Source: Candidatus Eiseniibacteriota bacterium (GTDB taxonomy: Bacteria; Eisenbacteria; RBG-16-71-46; JABDJR01; JAWXBZ01). Taken from it: a DNA stretch of 26,653 nucleotides. The notes beneath the pieces are model-generated. The model saw only the letters and a list, made by a program, of their open reading frames with translations, had not been told where the DNA came from and did not search any database. The position numbers and the translations under genes are program-made. The stretch lies in the NCBI GenBank assembly GCA_034440375.1, contig JAWXBZ010000150.1, forward strand, positions 1-26,653, read 5' to 3'. Positions 15,888-26,653 of this stretch are shown piece by piece. How positions within the stretch are numbered: the first letter of the stretch is position 1; each line of letters starts with the position of its first letter.

Positions 15888-16937
15888 ATGACAATGCCAA
15901 CCCCCCTCCGCCCGCTTCTCGATCGGACCCTGCCGGAACTCCGGACGGAAATGTCCGAACTGGGCCTCGAAAGCTGGCGGGCTGACCAGATCTTCAGCTG
16001 GCTGTACAAGAAAGGGGTTCTCGACTTCGCCGGGATGACCGATATTGGCCGCCCCACCCGCGAGGCCCTCACGGCTGTCTACCAGATCAATGCCATGGCG
16101 CCGAAGGAAGAGAAAACGGCGGGGGACCGCTCGGCGACCAAGTGCCTGTTCGCTCTTGCGGACGGCCGCGAAATCGAAGGTGTGTTCCTTCGACTTCCCA
16201 ACAAGGAAACCATCTGTTTTTCGACCCAGGTTGGCTGCGCCATTGGCTGCGGCTTCTGTGTCACGGCACTGATGGGTCGCCTCCGTAACCTGGAAGCCGG
16301 CGAGATCGTGGGCCAAATTCTGTACCTCTCCAGGAAGTTCGTGGAGCGGGAACAGGGGTTCAACCTCGTGGCGATGGGGATGGGCGAGCCGTTCGACAAC
16401 TACGAAAATCTTCTCAAGGCCATTCGGATCATGAAGGAGGTTCGGGGTCTCAACATCGGGCCCCGTCGAATCACCATCTCGACCAGCGGCATCGTGCCGA
16501 TGATCGACCGGCTGGCCACGGAAGGGATCCCGCTGGGGCTGGCGGTGTCGTTGAACGCCACGACGAATGAGCAGCGTTCCGAACTCATGCCGATCAACAA
16601 GAAGTATCCGATCGAGGAGTTGCTGGAGGCCGCGGGGCGTTACGCCCGGGCCACGAACCGTCGCGTCACGCTGGAATACGTGATGCTGCGCGGCGTCAAT
16701 GATTCCGAGGCGGATGCCCGACGATTGATCAACCTGGCGTCCCGCCTCCCCTCGAAGATCAACCTGATTCCATTCAACCCCTCTCCCTACCACAGCTTCT
16801 CCCCACCCACGCCGGCCGAGACGGAACGATTCCAGGACCAGCTCCTCGCCGCCGACAAGACGGTGACGATCCGACGTCGACGCGGCGGTGACATCTACGC
16901 CGCCTGCGGTCAGCTCGGCGTGACCCAGGCCCGCTAG
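15888..16937 (+). CDS. rlmN: 23S rRNA (adenine2503-C2)-methyltransferase RlmN (radical SAM)
   Basis: RADQIFSWLY, CFSTQVGCAIGCGFC (CxxxCxxC), MGMGEP, RRITISTSG, NLIPFNP, DIYAACGQL. Start could be 15888 or 15894; the ORF track gives 15870. Confidence 0.95.
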   Translation: MTMPTPLRPLLDRTLPELRTEMSELGLESWRADQIFSWLYKKGVLDFAGMTDIGRPTREALTAVYQINAMAPKEEKTAGDRSATKCLFALADGREIEGVFLRLPNKETICFSTQVGCAIGCGFCVTALMGRLRNLEAGEIVGQILYLSRKFVEREQGFNLVAMGMGEPFDNYENLLKAIRIMKEVRGLNIGPRRITISTSGIVPMIDRLATEGIPLGLAVSLNATTNEQRSELMPINKKYPIEELLEAAGRYARATNRRVTLEYVMLRGVNDSEADARRLINLASRLPSKINLIPFNPSPYHSFSPPTPAETERFQDQLLAADKTVTIRRRRGGDIYAACGQLGVTQAR

Positions 16938-16953
16938 GCCCACCTTTCTGCTG

Positions 16954-18512
16954 ATGGCCGGCGAACGGCGCGGCACTCTCCGATTTCAGCTTCAAGTGGC
17001 CTTTCTCCTCCTGTCGCTGCTTCCGGCCGTGATTCTTACGCTGATCCTCCTGCAGTCGTTGCCGTGGGCACTCGACCGGTGGGCCAGCCCCGCCGTGCGC
17101 CAGACGTTCGAGAACGCCCTTTCCATCACCAACGATACGTTGACCCGAATCCAGAACGACCTGCGGCAGCGCTGGTCACTGTCCATCGAAGTGGCGAAGC
17201 CGGCTCTCTGGGGCGAACTGAAACAGCACGCCCCGGAAATCGGCGAGCGTCTCAATGTCGACTTCATGGTGCTATATCCGGCGTCACCGGATTCGCTCTG
17301 GACGCCGGTGCGTATCCTCACCCGTGATCCCCTCGTCGAAGCACCGGTGGGCCTCGTGCAATGGGGAAAGGGCAATCTCGAGTCGGGACTTTTCCTGCGG
17401 GGCAGCCGGGGCGAACTGGCATTCGCCCAGAGGATGCCGCGCCCCAAGGGTCCGCCCGGACCGGTGCTCGCCGTCGGGATCTATCTCGATCCGGCCCTCT
17501 ATGAGAGACTCGCCGATCTGAACAGTGCCGTGTCGCGACATGAGCAGTTGCGCGCCGATGCCAACCTGAACAAGGCGGCAGTGCAAATCGGAGCCATGCT
17601 GCTGCTTCTGGTACTCGGTGTCACCAGCGTCTGGGTCGCCGGGCGGTTGTCCGAAAACCTGTCGAGTCCGGTCGAGGAGTTGGCGCTGGCCATGGACCGG
17701 GTGGCCCAGGGTGACCTCGAAACGCGCGTCACACCGAGCGGTACCCGCGAAATCAGGAGCCTCGTGTCCGCCTTCAATCAAATGACCGCCGAGCTGACGG
17801 AGACACGCGATCGCCTGGCGCGCGCGGAACGGGCCCAGGCCTGGCGCGACGCGGCCCTGCGCGTCGCTCATGAAATTCGTAACCCGCTCCAGCCGATCAC
17901 CCTGGCCCTCCATCGCATTGACAGGCTCCTGGCGCACGACCCGGCACTGCGGGCCGAAGTTCAGCCGGCCGTCCGTTCGATCCTGGACGAGGTCGAGGCG
18001 CTGAAGCGGCTCGCCGCGAACTTCGCGGAGCTGGCGCGCATGCCGGAACCCGATCCCGAAATCACCAATCTCGCGACGTTTGTCGCCGGAAGCGCTCCCC
18101 TGCTCGAGTTTCCGGGCGTTGTGCTTGCGATCGAAGTCGCCGTACCGTCGCCGGCCGCGCTGGTGGATCGTGGCCTCCTCCGGGAGGTCCTGACCAACCT
18201 GGTCAAGAATGCCGCGGAGGCCATGCCCGAAGGTGGTCGTGTCATTCTTCGCGTGGCGGCCAACCGTGCGGGCGGTCACGACTGGGCCACGATCGAAATC
18301 GAGGACACCGGGCCGGGGGTGCCCCCGGCCGAACGGGTGCGGATTTTCGAACCTCATGTCACCTCCAAGGCGGAAGGTTCGGGGCTTGGCCTGGCCATCG
18401 TGGAAAGGATCGTGGGCGCCCACCACGGTCGGGTGGAAGTGGTTGATGGCGCGTCGGGCGGAGCCCTCTTCCGCGTCTGGCTGCCGACCGTGGCATCCCC
18501 GGAATCGCTGTC

Positions 18513-18516
<4 letters not shown>
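16954..18516 (+). CDS. NtrY-like membrane sensor histidine kinase (2 TM, HAMP, HisKA, HATPase)
   Basis: Two TM segments; HAMP SPVEELA..VAQGDL..EIRSLVSAFNQM; AWRDAALRVAHEIRNPL; NLVKNAAEAM, DTGPG, GSGLGL. Confidence 0.92.
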
Positions 18517-19906
<1,390 letters not shown>

Positions 19907-19910
<4 letters not shown>

Positions 19911-21091
19911 GGCGAATCGGGTGGTGGGCGGCCATGCTGCTGGCCGTGACGGCGGGTGCAGCCCGCGGGGATGCTTTCGACAACGAGCTGGGGCCGGGGG
20001 CGGCGCTTCCGGTGGTGCGTTGGGGGGATATCGATCGGGACGAGCCGAGTCAAATCACGGTGCGCCTCGCCTACCGCGCGGTGGACGGCGCGGCCTTCTA
20101 TGGCGGGTATCGCCATCACGATCCGACGCGACGCCGGCCGCGACTTTTCGTGGAGGCGGGCTTTGCCCCCGCCCGCGATCGGGGGCTCTGGTCCGTGGAA
20201 CTCTCCCAGCCGATCCTCTCCGGGGATCGACTGGTGCTCGGTGCCGCGGGCTGGCACGCGACACGCCACTTTGCCTATGACGGTGAGATCGTCGGCTCGA
20301 GCGAGAACACGCTGGCCGCTCTTTTCTTTCAGCAGGATTACCGCGAGTACGCCGATGCCGAGGGCGCGCGGCTCTTCGGCAGCTGGCACTGGTCGCGTCA
20401 CTGGTCCATCGACGGTCAGCTCATGGCACAGGACGAGCGGCCGCTGGTCAACGCCACCGACTGGGCCGTCTTCCGGGACGATGGCTTCCGCGAGAACAGG
20501 GCCGCCATTCCCGGCACCCGTCGCTCCGTGAGAGTTGGCTTCACGCATGACACGCGACCGCACGACCGGCGCGAAGGAATCCCCTTCATCGGCGATGTTC
20601 AACGCGGCAACGAGGACCTGGTGCGCCTGACCTGGGAAGGGGTCGGTGGCCCGCTGGGCGGTAACTTCGATTACGGGATCCTCCGCCTGGATGCCCGCGG
20701 CTTTCTCAAACTGACTTCCCACCAGTTCCTGGCCGCGCGGGTCCTGGCCGGGGCCGCAACCGGCGGCACCCTGCCGCCGCAATCGGAACTTTACGCGGGT
20801 GGCATCAGCACGCTGCGGGCGCATCGATACAAAACGTTTCGGGGTGATCGGCTGGCGCTCTTGAATGTGGAATACTCGATCGATGTCTGGAAGATCGTCC
20901 AAGCGCTGGTCTTTGTCGACATTGGCCGCGCCTGGGTGGCGGACGACCATCCAAACGTCCCGCGGCTGGCCACGGACGGCGGCATCGGCCTGCAGACCCG
21001 GGACGAACACCTGCGCGTCCACCTGGCGCGCGATTTTCAGCGCGGCGACGGAGGCCTGTTGTTGAGCGTCCGAACGAACGCCACCTTTTAG
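19907..21091 (+). CDS. Omp85 (BamA/TamA)-like outer-membrane barrel without POTRA domains
   Basis: Signal peptide ending ARG; LYAGGISTLRAH (variant of GG..xRGY), LLNVEY, FVDIGRAW, GGIGL; terminal F; GTGA overlap with the regulator. Confidence 0.75.
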
Positions 21092-22131
21092 CGCACGAGA
21101 ACGAGGCGCGTTGACGCGCTGGCCGCGCCGCGAACGACCCGGGCGTAATAAACGCCGGAAGCCGCAGGGCGGCCGGAAGCATCGCGGCCGTTCCACCCCA
21201 CCTTGTCGCTTCCCTCCTCCATCGGGCTGAGATGACAGACCAGTCGACCGGCGGCGTCGAGAATGTCGACCAGCACAGGCCCCCCACCATCGATCAATCG
21301 TTCGACATGAATGGTCGTGGATCCGTGGAACGGATTGGGTGCGGCGGCCAGATCGATTACCGGAGGCGTTCCCTGGGCCACGGCGGCGGAGCCGGCCAGG
21401 CCGGCCATGAATTCGTAGAGGCCGGGAACGAGGCGCGGGGCGGGGAGTTCGGTGTTCTCGATGCTGTCGCTGTAGTTGGCCCGCGCGCCGCCGAACAGTG
21501 CCCGGAAGTCCTCGGCAAAGATCTCGTGGGGGCGATTCTTGTGAATGGCGCTCGCCTTGTACTTGTTCGTATCGGTCAACCCGCGCAGCTCGCGGTACCG
21601 GCGCCACCCTTCGGTGTCGGTATCCGGCAGAAACTGCTGGTGAATCAGGTGGCCGAGCTCGTGGACGGTGAGCGAGTGCAGCGGCCCCTCGGAAAATGGG
21701 TGCACACCCGGGCTGAGATAGATGGCGCCGGCTTCAGCCGATGAGGCGAGCAGTTCGCGCCGTGGATAGGGAAGCAGGAAGATATCGGCGACGAAGTGGC
21801 TCATCCCCGGCCACTTCACTTCGGACAGGGCGCTTCGGACGACGTCCGGCGAGGCGGGATGAAAGCTGCCACTTCCCGCGTAGCCGATGGCCGGATCGCT
21901 GGTGCTGGTGACCAGGGCCCAATCCTTGCCGACGACGTCTGTGAATTCGAGGCGGCTTCCGACGCCGGTGACCCACGAGGCCATCACGTCCGGAGCGGCG
22001 TGAACCCGGCAGCCGTGACTGGCTCCTGCGGTTGGTACCGCCACGCAAGACGCCACCAGGGCGACCAAGACGCACGCGAAGATGGTGGTGGCGACATGTT
22101 TCCGGGTGGCGGAAATGCGACGAATGGTCAT
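21088..22131 (-). CDS. Secreted zinc-metallopeptidase-like protein (HExxH) with C-terminal FlgD-Ig/T9SS-type sorting domain
   Basis: ATG 22131 with GGAGG RBS; signal peptide; VHELGHLIH plus downstream HEIFAEDF; tail APNPF..ILDAAGRLV..WNGRDASGRPAASGVYYARV. Confidence 0.8.
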   Translation of the reverse strand: MTIRRISATRKHVATTIFACVLVALVASCVAVPTAGASHGCRVHAAPDVMASWVTGVGSRLEFTDVVGKDWALVTSTSDPAIGYAGSGSFHPASPDVVRSALSEVKWPGMSHFVADIFLLPYPRRELLASSAEAGAIYLSPGVHPFSEGPLHSLTVHELGHLIHQQFLPDTDTEGWRRYRELRGLTDTNKYKASAIHKNRPHEIFAEDFRALFGGARANYSDSIENTELPAPRLVPGLYEFMAGLAGSAAVAQGTPPVIDLAAAPNPFHGSTTIHVERLIDGGGPVLVDILDAAGRLVCHLSPMEEGSDKVGWNGRDASGRPAASGVYYARVVRGAASASTRLVLVR

Positions 22132-22159
22132 GAGGCGGTCCTCCGATGCCATCTCGATC

Positions 22160-22175
22160 CGCAATTGGCGTGCCA
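22160..22175 (-). promoter_or_regulatory. sigma54 (-24/-12) promoter for the secreted zincin
   Basis: Minus strand TGGCACGCCAATTGCG is an exact TGGCAC-N5-TTGC match, about 30 bp upstream of ATG 22131. Confidence 0.82.
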
Positions 22176-22305
22176 TCCAGGTTGCACGGTGTCCACCCTA
22201 AAGTGGCCGTGGGGAGCCCGGATCAACGCCATTTGGGGCGGCTCACCCGGAGGTTCATCGACTTCCCTGCCGGAGATTGAACTAGCGGTGGGCTGACAAC
22301 CAGTT

Positions 22306-22339
22306 ACCCCGATTCCCGAAGCGAATCGGGAATCGGGGT
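22306..22339 (-). terminator. Perfect 14-bp hairpin after the ECF operon; probable terminator without a U-tract
   Basis: ACCCCGATTCCCGA-AGCGAA-TCGGGAATCGGGGT, 11 bp downstream of the stop at 22351. Confidence 0.6.
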
Positions 22340-22350
22340 GAATGACCCGG

Positions 22351-23511
22351 TCAGTCGATCGGTGGCCAGGGCGTCGGCAGGGGTGCCGGCATCGAAATCG
22401 GTTCGGCCGCCGCGGGTGCCACTGGAATCATGGGCGCCCGGCGGAAACGCGTGCCGAGGATGGCGCCGAGGCCGGCAAAAGCCCCAAGGCTCGAGATCGT
22501 AAGGCCGGTGAAGATGACGATGAAGCGGAGGAACCCGCCCACGCCGGCCATCTTGAGGAAGGAATTCAGCAGCATGAGCCCGGACAGGATCATGAGGCCG
22601 GTGAACACGGTCCGGAGCGGCGTCTCGCCAGCCTGGATGGAGCGGCCGATCCGATGACCGGCCACAACCCAACCGACGAAAACGAACACCGGGTAGAGGA
22701 CCAGGAGGGCCAGCGCCACCGGGATGCCGATCAGCGTGATGCAGAGCAGGATGGAGGCGAGAAACAGCAGCACCGGCGACACGAGGCCGAGGAGCAATGA
22801 GGGAATCGGCTCGCGGGCCAGGTAGTCGCTGGCGTATTCGATCCGCTGGCGGGCCAGGAACAGGACCAGTGCGGCAAAGGCGAAGAGAACCAGAAGGAAG
22901 ATGATCATCTGGATGAAGCCGGTGACGCGGGAGCCAAAGTTGTCTTCGCTCGGCGGTTTTTTCCAGGGTGCCATCAAGCCTCCCAACCCCGGACCATCCA
23001 CCTCGACGACCTTTCCGACCACGATGGCGGATTCGGAGCGGTCGACGCTGCCACCCACGGAGACGGCGTCCCCCCCGACGAAGGAACTGTCTCCGAGAGT
23101 CACATCGCCGCCGACCGAGACAACATCCCCCGTCACCTTTCCAAGTACCGTGATATCGCCGCCGATCGAGACGGCATCACCGCCCACGACCTCGCCGACG
23201 GCCACGGTCAGGTCATCACCCATCAGGACCTTGTCCCCGTGACTTCCCTCGGTGTCAATGTCGATTATGCCTCGCTTGCCGAGATCAACCTTGACGGACT
23301 TGCCCGGCTTCCGGGTGGCCACGATGATGGTTTCGGGGTCGGCCTCGGCCATCCGCTCGGCGTCGATCAGGGCCCGCTGGGCACGGTCCGCGGCCTTTCG
23401 CAGGGAATCGATTTGAGTCCGGCTCCGCGGCGCCTCGGCGGCCTGGGTTGTGGATACGAAGAATCCCAGTCCGGAAAGAACCAGAACCGACAGGAACGAA
23501 TTTCTAGACAT
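22351..23511 (-). CDS. Membrane protein with bactofilin-like (polymer-forming beta-helix) domain and C-terminal multi-TM region
   Basis: True start is probably ATG 23511 (MSRNSFLSVLVL.., signal peptide), overlapping the anti-sigma stop; repeats GDAVSIGGDI / GDVVSVGGDV / GDAVSVGGSV; about 5-6 TM helices (LLCITLIGIPVA). Confidence 0.8.
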   Translation of the reverse strand: MSRNSFLSVLVLSGLGFFVSTTQAAEAPRSRTQIDSLRKAADRAQRALIDAERMAEADPETIIVATRKPGKSVKVDLGKRGIIDIDTEGSHGDKVLMGDDLTVAVGEVVGGDAVSIGGDITVLGKVTGDVVSVGGDVTLGDSSFVGGDAVSVGGSVDRSESAIVVGKVVEVDGPGLGGLMAPWKKPPSEDNFGSRVTGFIQMIIFLLVLFAFAALVLFLARQRIEYASDYLAREPIPSLLLGLVSPVLLFLASILLCITLIGIPVALALLVLYPVFVFVGWVVAGHRIGRSIQAGETPLRTVFTGLMILSGLMLLNSFLKMAGVGGFLRFIVIFTGLTISSLGAFAGLGAILGTRFRRAPMIPVAPAAAEPISMPAPLPTPWPPID

Positions 23512-24160
23512 GGAGAACCAGGCAGACACGGCGCACCCCCCTTTCCACCGCGGACGTTCCGTCGGCAAGACGGATCGCACCCACCAGAGCCACGAGTGAC
23601 AACAGCAGGCTGACGAGCAGGAATTCGGCCTGGAACGCCCGGGCCACGACGACCATCGAGCGAACGACCGGTTCCAGTGAACGGACCAGGTCGATGACAA
23701 CCTGGGAGAAATTGACCGCGCTGATGAGCTGAATGACGGCGTCGGCCGTGGCCCGCGCGCCAAGGTGGACCACGGGCTGGGCGGCGCGTTGGACCACCGC
23801 CTGCTCATCCACGAGAAGCATGGCGCCAAGGACAAGGACAACGATGGAAGCGGCCGCCAGCAAGGCGCCGCGCAGCCAGCCGGTGCCGGGATCCAGGGCG
23901 AACCGCGCCGGGATGGGCCGGAAGGCCCCTTCCAGAATGGCGTCGTCGAAGGAATGAGCCACCGAGGGCGCCCCCAGCGAATCGAGCCGTGAGAAAAGCC
24001 TTTCGTAGGACACCCGTTCCCGGGCACAGACCGCGCAATCGGCCAGGTGGCTTTCGAACCGGATGCGCTCGGCGCGGGGCAGGTCATCGTCGAACCAGAG
24101 GAACAACTGTTCCTCGGTCCATCCACATGTCCGGTCGGCCTTCGAATTGCGCGTCGTCAT
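23504..24160 (-). CDS. Zinc-finger (ZAS, zf-HC2) membrane anti-sigma factor
   Basis: N-terminal C...FESHLADCAVC (HxxxCxxC), TM segments, immediately downstream of the ECF sigma factor; start 24160 (ATG) or 24166 (TTG). Confidence 0.88.
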   Translation of the reverse strand: MTTRNSKADRTCGWTEEQLFLWFDDDLPRAERIRFESHLADCAVCARERVSYERLFSRLDSLGAPSVAHSFDDAILEGAFRPIPARFALDPGTGWLRGALLAAASIVVLVLGAMLLVDEQAVVQRAAQPVVHLGARATADAVIQLISAVNFSQVVIDLVRSLEPVVRSMVVVARAFQAEFLLVSLLLSLVALVGAIRLADGTSAVERGVRRVCLVLHV

Positions 24161-24162
24161 AT

Positions 24163-24759
24163 TCAACCCCAGCGTTCGATCTTTTCCTTGAGCATCTTGT
24201 GGGCCCGGTGGATCCGGGCCTTGATCGTTCCGAGCGGAAGGTTCAACGCCTCCGCAATTTCATCGTAGGACATATCGCTCTGGTGACGGAGCAGTATCAC
24301 GATCCGGTAGGCGGCGGGGAGGGATCGAATCATCCGCTCCAGCCCCTCCGATTCCGACTTCTCTTCATAAGCCTCGTCCGGGGACAGCTCGGGACTTTCA
24401 AACTCGCGTGTCCTTTCCTCGCCATCGCTCTCAATCGTCAGCGACACGGTGTCGAGCTTCTTCCGGCGGTAGTGATCCACGCAGAGATTCGTCGTGATCC
24501 GGAAGAGCCAGGCCGGAAAACTCCGGCTCGTGTCGAAGGTGTGGAGGCTTCGGAAGGCCCGAATGAATGCTTCCTGGGCCAGGTCCTGCGCCTCCTCCTT
24601 GTTGCTCACCATCCGCCAGACCAGGGAGAGCACCTGCCGGCGATACTTTTCCAGGATCTGTCGATAGGCCTCCTGGTCGCCGGCCAGGGCCCGTTGGATC
24701 AGCTCGGCATCGCCTTCTCGCTTCACCGATCCCACGGCCTTCCTGACCTCCTGGGTCAA
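24163..24759 (-). CDS. ECF RNA polymerase sigma factor (SigW/RpoE-like)
   Basis: GDQEAY, AQDLAQEAFIRAF, FPAWLFRITTN, LPAAYR, SYDEIAEALNLPLGTIKARIHRA. Start uncertain; a downstream GTG is possible. Confidence 0.93.
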   Translation of the reverse strand: MTQEVRKAVGSVKREGDAELIQRALAGDQEAYRQILEKYRRQVLSLVWRMVSNKEEAQDLAQEAFIRAFRSLHTFDTSRSFPAWLFRITTNLCVDHYRRKKLDTVSLTIESDGEERTREFESPELSPDEAYEEKSESEGLERMIRSLPAAYRIVILLRHQSDMSYDEIAEALNLPLGTIKARIHRAHKMLKEKIERWG

Positions 24760-24802
24760 CTACGGGGCGCCTTGAATCCGGGTTTCAGTATCTGTGGCGT
24801 GA

Positions 24803-26652
<1,850 letters not shown>

Positions 26653-26653
26653 C

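Noticed and set aside
23512-24126. 591-aa version of the bactofilin-like gene, or a frameshifted anti-sigma fusion
   Set aside because: The extension overlaps the intact anti-sigma gene in another frame and looks non-coding; ATG 23511 begins a clean signal peptide.

Overview
A high-GC bacterial chromosomal window. It is probably from an FCB-group candidate lineage such as Eisenbacteria or Latescibacteria, inferred from a PorV-like gene and FlgD/T9SS-type C-terminal domains. The left part (minus strand) is a secreted-protein cluster: an S8 subtilase running off the left edge and missing from the ORF track, a PorV/PorQ-like barrel, an M6 metalloprotease with FG-GAP repeats and a sorting domain, a DUF4384 protein, and an Fn3-like lipoprotein. 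The middle holds an Afp15-like AAA+ ATPase, a large TPR-GAF-sigma54 enhancer-binding protein, a small secreted GDPD-motif peptide gene, ppx and an ArsR regulator. The right part holds rlmN, an NtrY/NtrX-like two-component system, an Omp85-type barrel, a secreted zincin, an ECF sigma/anti-sigma/bactofilin-like trio, eno and ftsB. Three correctly spaced sigma54 (-24/-12) promoters are readable, two with consensus IHF sites upstream. The best candidate for an undescribed system is an RRNPP-like pairing of a secreted pro-peptide with a TPR receptor, but with a sigma54 activator output in a diderm. It sits directly upstream of sigma54-promoter genes and near secreted proteases. I saw no CRISPR arrays, tRNA/rRNA genes or mobile elements.
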